The translations under genes were made by a program, and so were the position numbers. 64,000 nucleotides of DNA. It comes from Folioceros fuciformis. Its lineage: Eukaryota. The DNA lies in NCBI GenBank assembly GCA_049999805.1, contig JBNGIO010005439.1, forward strand, positions 1-64,000, given 5' to 3'. Each line of letters begins with the position of its first letter. The stretch's first letter is position 1. Of this stretch, positions 36,515 to 49,505 are shown in pieces. A model generated the notes under the pieces. That model was not told the origin of the DNA, ran no database searches, and worked only from the letters and a program-made list of their open reading frames with translations.

Positions 36515-38017
36515 CCCTATCATTTGAAGACCTTCCCGAGACATCTAAATTCGAGGGTGGGCCCCATCCTGGTGTGTGCTTCCACCTGGAACAGTTGCTT
36601 AACAGAGTCAACTGTAGAACGATACAGCTCTCACTGCCAGCCCTGCTTTCTCGCATCCTCGTGTTATGCAAGCGTGTTCCAAGACTGGTGCTAGCTGGCT
36701 GGCTGTAAGATTCTGCAGAGCCCTGTAAGCAGCTGTGTTACCGGCACGGGTTATTGGGATTGGAATATGTATGTACATGTACTGTATGTACCTGTGCTGC
36801 TGTTACGGCTTTGCGTGGCTGCGCGTTTCATTCACCCCATGTCTGAGCTTAGAGCTGGATTGCAACGTCACGCAACCAAAACCCACGGAGAAGCAGGCAC
36901 CGAAAGATGAGAGCCAGGGTCGAGGAAGGGGAAGACCCAAACGTGAGCAGGTCATTGACTCTGGAGATCGAGGTATCCACGATTTTGTGTCATGCGGTGG
37001 AAGTGGGGGCGGGGCATTTGGAGGGCGGGTGAAAAGTGTGTCCGCTCGGGAGCTCCCGTTCCCGCATTTAGTCACCGGGCGAGCAAGTGGGCTTCGGTTT
37101 TGGAATTCTTGGCTCCTTCGAGCTGGTTACTGTTTTGGAGGGAGGATGTGGTACCTGACATGCAACTCGTGTGCATACAGCATCACCGACATTTGGGCTG
37201 TCGTGGCTGCGTTTTGGTGTTGGCCAAAGCAAAGCCTCACATTGGAGGCATTGGAACCATAGCTGGTAGGCCGACCTTATACCAGATCGCGACGTCCTTG
37301 CCACGTAAAATAGGAAATGGGGTTGACAGCTCCTAGCGTCGCCAAATGATAGCTCTACTCTTAGACAATAATGGCCGCTCGGGACCCACCCGGCCCCGCG
37401 CAGCCAGCATCCCTTGTCTGTCAGCCCGCTCTTTCCAACCTCCTCCACCTGCTCCTGAAATTCGGAGATCATCACAAGCGCGTCACACGTTTGTCGCCGT
37501 CCGTACCTCAGCGGAACTGGTTGCTTGCTTCCGGCCGCAGGCTCGTGTAGAGCGAGTAATGCATAGATTATTGTAGACCACTTTGCTCCGCAATCCTCAG
37601 ATTGGTGGCGCCGTTTCCTGGACAGGAATCAGCTGGTGGATTGGTGGCTCAGTGTTCCTGCCGAACTCAGGCCCCGCTCTGCTGTGTCTCTGTTTTCAGG
37701 GTGGTCGGGAGCTGAATTTTGGGTGGGGCAAGGGGCGTTCTTTGGGCTCTTGGGTTTGTCGGGTCCGCGCAGGCTGTTGGGCAGCTTGGAAACGGGTTCA
37801 ATGTGCGTTTTTGGGTGTCCGCTGGGTGAGCACGAGCAAGAGATAGTATGGCGTGCTGTAGAACGCAGATTCCCGGCCTGGGGGCTTTGATGTCATCGTT
37901 TCTGTGGCTTCGCCAAATTTCTCACGAGCTTCACGGGCTGTTCAAGGGATCCTACGGGTGAATGACAGCCCACCTAGCCGCGCATTTTGGTTACTAGTAC
38001 TCTTGGGCATTGGCAGC

Positions 38018-40864
38018 ATGTTGTATTCCTGTGGACAAGCCCTGGCCTTCCTAGTGCTGCTTTACGTTCGGCCACTGGTTGGAGCTCTCTCGTCGGATGG
38101 TGAGTATTTGCTGCCCAGCTCCAACTGACATTTTGCCTTGCTCGCGCCTTTGGGTGTGTGTGTCTGAAGTGCTCACGCCTTTCGCTGTGTGTTCTTTCGG
38201 GTGACGGTTTTTGGCTGATAGTGTTAAGGGAGGTCGTGCTGGTGCGCAGGTGTTGCTTTGCTTTCGTTCAAGGTCAGGGTGCAGGACTCCCGTGGTCGGT
38301 TGGGGAATTGGGATGAAGGTGATGACGATCCCTGTAGTTGGTATGGGGTAACGTGTGACAACCCGATTTCGAAGAGGGTCATCAAGTTGTAAGTCTTCTG
38401 CTGTCTTTCGCCAGTGTTTGCTGTTTGTTGGAACGCGCACCTCGGGCCCTCAAGCGTCAGGGGTACCTAGGTAGATAACGATACCGTGTTAGAATGCCAT
38501 CTAAACCGCGGCTCATCTGCCAGGAATCTTCCCAGATGCGGGCTCGTTGGCATCATTGCGCCGGAGTTGGGCCAACTCAGTAATCTCCGCAGATTGTAAG
38601 ATGTCCTCCTACATGGCATTTGCTCTGGAGTCAGTGCTTTTGAGAACCAGGAAATGAGCTCACTGGATGTATGTTCTGTTTGCTGCAGAGGTCTTCACTT
38701 TAACAACCTTACTGGCAGTATCCCCAGGGAAATTGCAAATTGTACAGTATTGCGAGCGCTGTAAGTCTTGTGGATTCGTTGTTGCTTTCCCGAACTGCTG
38801 TCCAATAGTTTGCAATCGATGTCCTGAGTGGAAACACGGGTCTGCAGGTATCTTCACAGCAATGCCTTATCTGGACAGATCCCGCCCAGCCTTGGCAACT
38901 TACGAGACCTCATCAGACTGTAAGTGTCTTCGTTCGGTACCTCCAGCTTCGCTTGCTGCGTGAATGAAAGTACCCCACTTCATGCTTTTGCTTGTTCCGC
39001 ACGCAGAAATCTGTCGAACAACATGCTCTCTGGACCAATACCCACCGATGGGAGCTTGTCCAACTTCTCAGTTGACTCGTGAGTTCTCCCATATCGGGTC
39101 TCCAATTAGACACATCTGACAGGAGCTCTGATTCCGGCTTGTTCACAAGGGGTAATGGTGAATGCAATATGTGTTGTAACAGATTCTCCGGGAACACGCT
39201 GCTATGCGGGAAACCTCTGTCTGCACAGTGCCCCTCTGATGTTTCAGCACCTGCATCCGGACCTGTGACGATGGATAGTGCTGGTGAGCTTTCTCTGGTG
39301 TCGTGCGTTTTGAACTCTTGAAGGCTGGTGACAAAAGTTCCCGGAGACCGCCATATCTCTGTGATCTAGTTCTTATTAAATCGGTGTCGCGTGCAGGGGG
39401 TAAAGGCTTGGGCGTCCTCAAGATTGCTGCCATAGCTGTTGGTTGCTTTTTGCTGGTGAAGTTCGTTTTGGCCATTTTTTTCGTACGAAAATGGTCTAAA
39501 CGCAACGAGGAACATGAAGTCCACCTGGGAGCAGGTAAAAGGCTACTGCCTGTTGCTGCGAGAATTGTATAGTTGGTAGTACTAAGAGAACAGCTATTCT
39601 GGTTGCAGTGGGGCTCTAAGTATTGCCCAACTTTTGCTGATCCTGATTTCTTATCATCACAGGTGGAAAGCTTGTAATATTCCAAGGCGGTTCCACAGTT
39701 CCTTCGTCCAAGGACATTCTCCGATGCATTGGGAAATTGAAGAAGAAGGATGTCATCGGAGAAGGGGGGTATGGCGTTGTGTACAGGTTGAGATTGAAGG
39801 ATAACTCATTCCTGGCTGTGAAAAAATTAAAGCAATGTTTAGAATCTGTCCGGGGTTTTGAGAGCGAGCTGGAAACGCTGGGAACTATCAAGCATCGCAA
39901 TCTCGTCAAGCTTCGTGGCTTCTGTACAGCTGTGAACGTGAAGCTGTTGATCTATGATTTCCTGCCTAATGGAAACTTAGATCAGCTTCTTCATGGTAAG
40001 TGACTCCCCTTGACCGCTTTCTGATGACTAATTGGTGAGTGAGGTCACTGCAGTCACTCTTGAAATCTGATTCCCTCGACATGTGCAGTTTACTCCCCAG
40101 AGCTGAAGCATGTGACATGGGTGAGCAGGCTGAAGATCGCTCTGGGGGTGGCCCGTGCCATTGCTTACCTGCACCATGACATCAATCCACGGATCATTCA
40201 TTTGGATATTTCCTCCAGCAACATACTGTTGGACGAGGACCTTGAACCCTACTTGTCAGATTTCGGGCTCGCGAAACTGATCGGAGTTTACGATTCTCAT
40301 GTAACTGCCACTGTAGGAGGAACAATTGGCTATCTTGCTCCAGGTACGTCTCGCTCTCTGGCAGTCATGAGCGGCATGACAATCCTTCCAGCGCAGCAAG
40401 TTCTGATCGTCATGGTGTATTGCCGTGGAGTGCAGAGTATGCCCAAACTGGAAGAGCAACTGAGAAAGTAGACGTGTACAGTTTTGGTGTAGTCTTACTT
40501 GAGCTTCTAACAAGGAGGCGACCCGGTGATCCTGGACTTCCTGATTACGATCTAAGCTTAGCGGGTTGGGTGAGTCATCTGACCTCAATCACTTTGCTGG
40601 CTTTCGTCATTTCGTACTAATTGATGGTTTCACCGACGCACCATCCAGGCCCTTCAGCACGAGAAAAACGGCAACAAGATAGAAATTCTGGATATGTACT
40701 TGAAGGATTCAGCTCCAAGAGAGCAGGTTTTTGCTGTCCTGGATTTGGCATGCAGTTGCGTGTGCAGGATGCCGAGCATGCGTCCGTCCATGGACAAGCT
40801 GGTGGAAAGTCTGGAATTCATCCAATCGTTTAAGCCAGACGCTTTGCCCACTCCTCCTGTGTAG
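38018..40864 (+). CDS. LRR receptor-like kinase, FEI/LRR-XIII-like, with an atypical catalytic loop
   Basis: Signal peptide [30 protein letters not shown], four 72-nt LRR exons, [32 protein letters not shown], juxtamembrane KLVIFQG, kinase [32 protein letters not shown]. Confidence 0.9.
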
Positions 40865-41320
40865 ACTAACTTCCTACAATACAACACTCTGGCTATGTCA
40901 CAGCGATAGTTTTGCCGATACACTTTTGCCAATAAGCCCCGGAGCGGCTTGTTTCTTTATGAAACAAATTTATCTGACTGCTTCTCGTGATCTGCGCCCC
41001 TCTAGAACATCAACATTTCTTCACATTTTTGAAGAAAATCTGAGCGTGCAATCGAGTACATATTTGCGGCTCACTGTCCTGGGCTCAAACCAAACCGTAA
41101 TTGACAGTGAAATGACATGTCACACTCCCCAATTGCATCATCCTACTACATCCATCCCAGCTCATGGCCGTAACAAAGATATGATACACTGGTAAACGTC
41201 ACCAGAACGAGTGATGCGCGAACACCCTCATGCCACCAGCCCTGTACACAGCCATGCTCCTCGTAAACAAGGACACCTGGCAACGGCCGACAAGTGCATC
41301 CTGTTTCTAAACAGTACGCA

Positions 41321-41980
41321 TCATCCTGACTCGTCACTAAACTCAGTAATAGACTCCAAAGACAAAGACACCTTGACTTCAGCTTCCACGTCCTCTTCTA
41401 AGCCAGAAGAATCCGGTTTCTGTATACCGTCCACCTGCGGACGCTCGCAAGAGTGCACCCTGGCTTCTTCTACAAGACATCTGCAACCTTCCGAGCAATC
41501 ATCACCGGTGGGGTCGGTGTCGACGCTAGGAGGGGCAATCGGAATTGTAACCACCAAGCAGCCTTTCTCATAAGTCGCAGTGCTGGAGCACGGTTGGGTC
41601 TCCGGTGGCAATCGGAATCGCCACAAATCACGTTCTAGGTCTTCTAACGCTGACGCCTGCTTCTCCGCTCCTCTAATGACAACCTTGGTTGCCCCCGGGA
41701 CGATCTCAACAGCCTCAGCTCTGATATCGTCAGCCACCAGCCCGGGCATCTCAACAGAGAATCTGTACTGCACGTCATCTTCTTGCACATCCACACAGGA
41801 ATCAGCCTCAACAGGCAGCTCCAAAACCCTTCCAAACAGATGAGGCAGCCGTTTGAGCTTCTTGGCAGAAGCGCTGAGGAGCCTGGAAAAGCCCCTGCAA
41901 TCAGGACTGGGGCCACGGTCATACGACAGAGGCAAGACTCGCTTCTTCACAGACAAAGGTTGCAAATCCGACGCCGCCAT
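41321..41980 (-). CDS. Plant alpha-crystallin/HSP20-like domain protein (intronless)
   Basis: KKLKRLPHLFGRVLELP, AVEIVPGATKVVIR, DLWRFRLPPET...ATYEKGCLVVTIP. Start is Met 41980 or the upstream in-frame start at 42061. Confidence 0.82.
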   Translation of the reverse strand: MAASDLQPLSVKKRVLPLSYDRGPSPDCRGFSRLLSASAKKLKRLPHLFGRVLELPVEADSCVDVQEDDVQYRFSVEMPGLVADDIRAEAVEIVPGATKVVIRGAEKQASALEDLERDLWRFRLPPETQPCSSTATYEKGCLVVTIPIAPPSVDTDPTGDDCSEGCRCLVEEARVHSCERPQVDGIQKPDSSGLEEDVEAEVKVSLSLESITEFSDESG

Positions 41981-42684
41981 GACGTCGGCTTTGCTCGCAG
42001 CTACAGCCAAGAGAGCCTCTTGAAGGACAAAGGAATGAGCCTGCCAATGGGGCGTGCCCATCTATCTACTCACGCTCCTCGCCTTGCGCACCCCGGAAGG
42101 TCAAGAGCCCTCACTCAATATCCTTGCTGACAACAAACCGGAGAAACCGACGGTGCTAAGGCTGGCATGCCAAACATCACCTTGTAAGTGGGAACAACAA
42201 CGACATCCTCCGCCCACGACGTGCAGACAGATCGTGTCAGTACGCGGTGCCAGCGAGATAACATATGTACCACCAGGTTGCGGTACAGACAGTTAGACAA
42301 ACGCAGCGGACTGCAGACAGCAGGAGATCTAGCAGCCGCGGCGCAACATCCGATCTCTGTAGCTGCCGACACTTCGATGTTCGAGTTATGTAAGATAAGT
42401 CCCCCGACTTGCTAAGTCAGGAAGGAGCCTGGAAACCCTAGAAGACCAGGGCATTGCCAGTGGGGTCCCTTAAAGCAAGAAGATGAGGCTCTCTGCCGAG
42501 AAGCCCGGAGCGGACGTGGGGACCTCACCATCCCGCAACGTTCGCCCTCGCCTTCCTACAGGTCTCATGTTGCCAGACTTGTGCTTCGTGGCGAATACTT
42601 CACTTGCAAGCGTGATGGGCCGCCTCATTACTGTACTGTATGGAACAGTGAATTGCGCCAGCACCATGCTAGCAAGTTGAAGTA

Positions 42685-45163
42685 TCAAGCAACTTCCTCC
42701 ACCAAGGACGGCTCGTAGTCGCTGGGGGCTTCAAAGCCTAGAAAATTTATAGCGGTGGCTGCCACATTGGCGAGCCCGGCGGAGGGAAGGTCTTGACGAA
42801 ACCTGACCGTTTCAGGAAGGCCTGGACCTCCGATGGCAATTGGAACCTGCAGAGAAGGAGGGAGAGGTGGAAGGAGGGTCAGAAGGCAGCAGACAGGTAT
42901 GAACGGACACACAAATAGACGGGACGGATGGTAGTCAACCGGTGCACATGTGTGGGATGTAAGAATCTGGGGTTTCCCTTGCTTGTCCAACAAAGGTTCT
43001 CCCGTCTTGGGATTCCTCTTCACCATGTCCTCTGCGTTGCCATGGTCTGCGGTCACGAGGTAGATACCCCCGACTTTTTGCACCGTGTCCAGTATGATCT
43101 GCAAGGTACCAAGTACATACAAGGCAGTTGCTCAGGCCCGTCCCCAGGTCTTCCACGAGGTCGAAGAAAATCTGAACTTGTACAAGAGTGGTGTTGGTAA
43201 GGGGCACCTTGACAGCTTTGTCGGCAGCCTCACAACCAACGATGGTGGCCTTCACATCCCCTGTATGACCAACCATGTCACCGTTGGGCAGGTTGACACG
43301 CACCTGAACGCACAAACGAAGTGAGTTTAATTTGCAACAGTTACTGTGCAACCTGCCAGCAAGCGAAATGGTTTCATGTACCTGATCATATTTTCCGCTC
43401 AGAAGAGCATCTCGTGCCGCTTCAGCAACCTGCAAGGCCTTCATTTCAGGCTTTTGGTTAAAAGCAATTCCTTGGTCACTAGGTATCTCCTTGTAATCCT
43501 CCAACTTGTCATGGAACTTGCCAGCTCGATTGCCGTTCCAAAAGAATGTCACATGCCCAAATTTCACGGTCTCGCTGCGCAGTGAATGCCTTGTCAGTGC
43601 AGCTCGTCAAGATGGCAAAGTAGGCATGTAATCACCCAGTTGAGCAAGAGGAAGGTGATGATTACGTGACATGGACCTGCAGGCAAAGGTGGTGACTCCG
43701 TTATGCACCAAGTATTCACCCGAAGTTCTCTCAATCTCGGGGGGAGCTACCAGGTAATGGCGTGGCAGCTTCAACTCCCCATCGTACTGCAACATCCCGG
43801 CGTATCTGATTTTGGGAAACCGAACTCTATCGAAGTGATCGAATTTGTCGAACTCCAGAGCTTTAGCCAGCATTATCATTCGATCTGCCCGATAGTTGAA
43901 TGTGACAACCGCATCCCCGTCTTCCACTGCCCCAACTGGCCTGTTATCCGCATCGACTATGACGAAGGGTGGCAAGTACTGGTCACTTGCGCCCTCGGCA
44001 CTTTTCAGCTCTCTAACACCTTGCAAGGCACTTGTGAACCTGTATGGCGCCTTCCCCAGAATGTGAGCATCCCATCCTCTCTTCACCACGTTCCAATCAT
44101 TCTGCGCACCACAGTGTCAGCTGGTTTCTCAAACAAACATCAGAAGTGAAGCCATAATCACGAGACAGGCAACAAGGGTGATGCAGCACCTCATATCGGT
44201 CCATCGTGACCATCATCCGGCCCCCTCCAGAGGCTATGAGAGCATCAACTCCATTGCTCCGCAGCTCCTTCAAATCCTTCTCCAACTCCTCAACAAACCC
44301 GATGCTGGAGCCATCCAAAACATCCCGACCATCTGTGAGGATATGAAGTCGGAGTTTCTTAGCTCCCCTGGCAACAGCTCCTTTCATAAGCCCCTATCAT
44401 ACCAAAGCCGTCGTTCAGAAACCGCGCGCGCGGTACCCTCCGACTCGTCAACAGCTACACATAGGCGTGGCCACACAAGAACTGAAACATGCATCTGATC
44501 TCACAAACCTGCAGCTGATCGTAACGAGAATGCACCCCACCATCACTGAGAAGGCCGATCAAATGAAGAGTGCCCTCGGGGAAGGCTTCCTGAACATACC
44601 GGAAGCCCTCCCCTTCGAAGAGCTTCCCAGACGCAATAGCCGAGTCCACCAACCCCGCCCTGTAACCGCAAGCAGCAAACCAACATCCAGACACCTCCAG
44701 CACGACGCCATGTGCAACAGATTCTCCACACAAACACAAATGCGTCATGTCAGTGCACGCACCCCTGCTTGTAGATCCGCCCTGCACCAAGCGCGTTGTG
44801 CCCGACTTCGCTGTTCCCCATGTCATCCTCTTTTGGCAGCCCCACGGCGGGTCCGTGGGCTTTCAGAGTCCGCCATCGGTACGGGCTCCCCTGCAACTCA
44901 GTCACGTTCAATGATCATTCACAAGCGCGAACCAATCCGGATGCCTGCTGATGTCCAACACAAAAATGGCATTCCGTGTTTGCAAGCAACAGAAGGTGAC
45001 GAACCTCCTTGAGAGAATCCATCGTGGGAGTGCAGGCAACGTGAATTGCGTTGTACTGGTCCGCACTCCTCTCGCCCCATCCATCCAGCACCACCACAGC
45101 GATGCCCGGGCCTTTGCGCAAATGAGGATGCGGGCGCAATTTCCAGTCCATCTCGCCGTCCAT
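42685..45163 (-). CDS. iPGAM: 2,3-bisphosphoglycerate-independent phosphoglycerate mutase (multi-exon)
   Basis: [83 protein letters not shown]. Confidence 0.96.
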
Positions 45164-45403
45164 TTCCGACGGAAGCAGCTCAAAACACAGAAACAAGGGA
45201 GGGCTGTCTGGAGTTCACCATCTCCACTTGGCCTGGGAGCGCCGATGCCCACCAACTTGGCTTGCCAGATGGCCTTCTCACGCTTCGCCACACGTGAGTC
45301 CTTTAGTAGCCATGCGAACGAACGCTAATCCCTCTTTCCACCTCCAGCCCTGTTCCGGTTGCTTTATCGGCGTTTCCTTCATTTCTGTTCGATGAACGCC
45401 GTT

Positions 45404-46409
45404 GGCGCAAATGCTGCTTATTTCTATTCGGTCTCTGCTGTTCTTGATATCTGTTCTTGATGACGTTTGTATCATTCGTACAAACGTCTCCAACATTCAG
45501 GGGCACTGATTTCGTTGCCACTAGTGCCATGCTTATCTAATTTCCTTCATCCTCCTCGGGAAGTACCTGGAGATTCTTGCAAGGGGGGAAGGCCTCAGAA
45601 GCAATCGCTAAGTTGATGGATCTTGCTCCAAATACAGCAACTTCGGTCACCCTGGATGAGAGTGGTTGCAATCAACTGAGAACTTGTTGGAGCCATCGCG
45701 ATCTCGGATCCTGTCAAGCCGGAAGCTCCTGCAGTCGTTATCATTCTCAAAGCTACGGGTGTCAGAGTTCATGTGGTGACACTGTCAGGAGATAACTGGG
45801 GAAAAGTGAATGCCGTTGCCGTGTGATGGCTTAAGTGCAACCAGATAGAAAAGCAGACAGCGTGAAAGAACTGCAGGTAAGTGGCTCGTGGGTGTTGCCG
45901 CATGCTTGTCCCCAGATTGGTGCATGCTTGTCTGGAGCTGCTTGATAATATTCGTCGTTGTCTGTGTACAACCCCCCAAGGCCTCACAGTAACTATCGTG
46001 GGTGATGCCATCAATGAGTCTCCTGCTTTTGTCAGTGCCGATGTGGGATTGGTGACAGGAGCTGGTACAGATATTGCTATTGAAGCAGCGGATATCGTTC
46101 TAATGCGAAGCAATTGGGACGACGTAATTAGAGCAATTCACCTTCCGCGCAAAACATTCAGGCGAATCAGGTTGAACTATGTGTGGGCGTTGGGCGACAT
46201 CATGTGCTTGGTTTCCCTCTGGCTTCTGGCCTTTGTACCCTTTCACAGGATTTCGTCTTCCATCGTGGGTTGCAGGATTAGCCATGGCTTCGTCATCCGT
46301 CAGAGTCGTGTGCTCTTCTCTGTTGCTTAGATCCTATCGGAGGCCAAGAAGCTTGGACAGAATCCATTTTCTGGCAACCTTTGCTTCGCCTTCAGTCCTC
46401 CTCGGTTGA
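45404..46409 (+). pseudogene. Fragmented HMA5/RAN1-type P1B copper ATPase pseudogene
   Basis: GANAAYFYSV, TSAMLI*(frameshift)FILLGKYLEILARGKASEAIAKLMDLAP, then a jump to KADSVKELQ, degenerate GDAINESPAF (canonical GDGINDSPAL) and [11 protein letters not shown](frameshift)...AMASSSV. No CPC or DKTGT region is recognisable. Confidence 0.88.
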
Positions 46410-47288
46410 GCCATCTGGTTGTCTTCAGGTATCCTGCGCTGAGGCGATTGGCAGGCACCTCGGTCGGATGAATGATCACATGGATGCTTAGCATGCGTCT
46501 GGGATATATAGGGGGGTTTCCGAGTAATGGAAGATTGAATTATAACTAGCTCTTGGGGAAAAATCCAGGCCATCCAAAACATCATGAAGAAAAACCCCTT
46601 TGATTACTTATGAGAGGAAGAACAAAATGTTGTAAAAAGTTACGTATCATATAGGGTTATAGTTTTGGAAGTAGATTAAATTATCTCTTATATATTTTAT
46701 ATATACTACTTTATCTCGCCTGCTACTTAAGTTTGCAAAAACACACTGCCATGCCAAAATAGCGTCTGGATAACCAATGGATAAAAGGTACATAGTAGAA
46801 GAATTGAACAGAATGGCAAGAGAAAATACAATTAGGTCTAAACTACTTGCACACACTTTAGGGATCATGGATTTGGAGCAGCCCTTGTGACACAAGTGAA
46901 GGAGGCTCATGCCACAATCGAGGAGCTCTAGAACCAGATTTCTCAGGCCCAAGAGCCGATGGCACCGTTGGAGAAGTTAGGCAGAGAGATACAAGCGGGA
47001 GAAGGATGAGGCTAGGGACAAAGTCAAGTAAAAAACAAGTCGGTCGAAGAAGAGAAGGGGATCAGCTACCGAGGTGGTCAAAACAGCCACTGTTGTGGAG
47101 TCAACCACGATTGTTAAAGAAGGAACTATAGTGGTGGAATCAGGCACTATAGTAGAACGAGGAACTGGGGTGGTGGAACCAACCACTGGCGGTATCACGG
47201 CAGAGGAGCGTGCAACGCCTTTGGAATGCTATGCTTTTGACAAAGCTTTGAAGCTAAAAAACATCTGAACAGATGAAGCTCTGAAGCT

Positions 47289-47467
47289 CATAAACATCGG
47301 TGTTCAAATGAGGGAACAGACATGCTCAAGGCCAAAGATGCGTGTTAATGTTAAACATAAACATCGGTGCTTAAATGTGGGAACAGACATGCACAAGGCC
47401 AGAGATGCGCACTAATGTCAAACATATACATCGGTGCTTAAATATGGGAACAGAAAGGCACAAGGCC
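47289..47467. repeat. 67-bp tandem repeat, ~2.6 copies
   Basis: acatcggtg recurs at 47294, 47361 and 47428. Confidence 0.9.
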
Positions 47468-47573
47468 TGAAAGCAAGCCGACGGCCTAAGCTGGTGGATA
47501 GTCATGGAGGTTCAAATTGAATGAATCTTCATTAGATGGTAATAAGTCTATACAATCATTTAACATCTATACA

Positions 47574-49505
47574 CTAAACTATATAATAGTATTCATCTTG
47601 CAAAGGAGGTGCGTAGTAGCTGGACGTATGGTTCCAACGAGCTAAGGATTCGTTCACTAATTTGGATATATCAATTTCCATTTGAATTGCATTTTTTGTG
47701 CAAGGAAATAAATTTTGTTGCGGAGACTGCTGCGCTAACCACACATAAACAAGAACTTTTTCGTACATATCTTCTAAATCACTTAGGTGTATTGTATCAT
47801 GCTCTATGGCATTCGGTAGCCATATTCCAAGCTCCACCGGGACTCCATCGTTGTATGCCTGGGCAAAACGATGAAGAATCTTCATGGACTTGCATCTTTG
47901 ACTTTGACAAACATGCCTTAGAGGGACACAACAAAATGTGTATGCGTCCCTTATAGAGAGGGAATAATTTTTAATATTTTCTTGTAAGAATATTGCAATC
48001 TCCATCATATTTGTAATACTATTGTCAATTTTATACGTGCAATTATTCATTTTAAAGTAACATAAGAATTCCTTCAATACTAAACCTAAATTTATGTTAG
48101 GAAAGTTCCCAAGATCATGACGAGCAGCAAAAGCTTGGATATGTTGCAGTGTAGGCTGCAAGCTCGCGTGTGTGGCAGGAGGCAATTCTTTCCGTAAGCA
48201 TTCGGTGATATAATTCATGTCATCTTTTGTACTATGCATTGCCATCGTTACAAAACCCTTTTCGAAAGGGCTGCTCCAACGCCCTGCTCTTCCGGCAATT
48301 TGCTTTAATAAAGACATATCAATTCTTTCTGATCCTTTTTTAGTTAGTGACCAAAATATAATCCTATTGATATTCAAGTTCAACCCCATACCGATAGCAT
48401 CCGTTGCCACAAGAACGTTATATGTATTATTAGGGTCGTTGAATAGCGTTGCTTGTTCTATTCGAACTTGTGGTGGGAGGGCTCCATAAATAACACAACA
48501 TTTGTAGTTAGTATTTGTCTCAATCATACTTTTCACTGCAAAAATATCTTTTTTCGAAAAGACTATGAAACAATCCCCTATTTGCACATGTTCTAGTGAA
48601 CAAAGGGGCTCACAAACTTCTAGAGGTTTCATCCTCTCATACTGCTTGATAACAAAATCATCTCCTGTACTTTCACAAAGAGATTGAATTACTTCAATTG
48701 AGGTTGCATCTCCACATAAATGTATCTCCTTGGACTGCAAACCTAGAAATGCTCTTGTCCATGCCCCACCTCGCTCATTGTTGCTAATCATTTGAATTTC
48801 GTCTATGACAGCCACCTCCCAATCTTGCTCTAAGCGAGCAATCTCGATAGTGCAAGAAAGATGACGAGCCATAGAATTGTCTATATGCTCTTGACCAGTG
48901 TACAAAATACAAGGAACTTCTTTCGCATTCATCATTTTAAACACTTCCATAGCGAGAAGGCGTAAGGGGCTGCAATAAATACCGCTGCTCGCTTGCATTA
49001 ACCTTTGCAATGCATTGTATGTTTTTCCGCTATTAGTTGGCCCACAATGGTATGTTACCTTTCGCTTTATCATCCTGGCTTTAGGATACCAGTTTTGTGG
49101 TTGTGTTAAGTTCGTTGCTTCATGTAGGAAAATGATTTTTCTCTTTTCATCACTATCTGCACTTTGGTCTTTATAATATTGTATAAAGATGGAGTACAAA
49201 TATTCATTGCGTGAAAGTTGGACATGCACATCAAGTTCCTTCGGCTCTCGACATGAGTCGATAGAATAACACTCTTCCAATGTACCCAAGTATTTATTTA
49301 ACGCCAACCATGATCTTCGAATGAACCACTTGCAAAATACTTCCCACATACAAAATGCAGATTTATATCGAAGTATCCAACTTTCCCTGCAAGTACAAAC
49401 ATTCCAACCATCCCTGCGAGAACATAAACAAGGAGTTATCATAAATAGGTCAATGATTTAAACACATAACAAAATGAGAAGTACGGACAGACACCTTAAC
49501 ATCAT
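47574..49505 (-). CDS. SUV3-like DExH RNA helicase; helicase core in one long exon
   Basis: PQNWYPKAR, Walker A GPTNSGKT, PLRLLAMEV, VIDEIQ, IYGALPP, LVATDAIGMGLNLNI, KQIAGRAGR. Probable 11-nt first exon (ATG 49505) and GT-AG intron 49494-49414. Confidence 0.85.

Noticed and set aside
36247-36708. ORFs with WAGLG / AQPSP repeats
   Set aside because: Translation of the (GGGCT)n microsatellite; no other coding signal.
47289-47467. Regularly spaced repeats that could be mistaken for a CRISPR array (also 24561-24797 and 49915-50035)
   Set aside because: Whole units are duplicated with no unique spacers, there are only 2-3 copies, no cas genes, and the context is eukaryotic.
47574-49442. Bacterial horizontal transfer as the origin of the SUV3 ORF
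   Set aside because: The C-terminal region (LSDLEDMYEKVLVYVWLA...FP) and the motifs look like eukaryotic/plant SUV3, and a spliceosomal intron is likely at the 5' end. Retroposition is more parsimonious, pending phylogeny.
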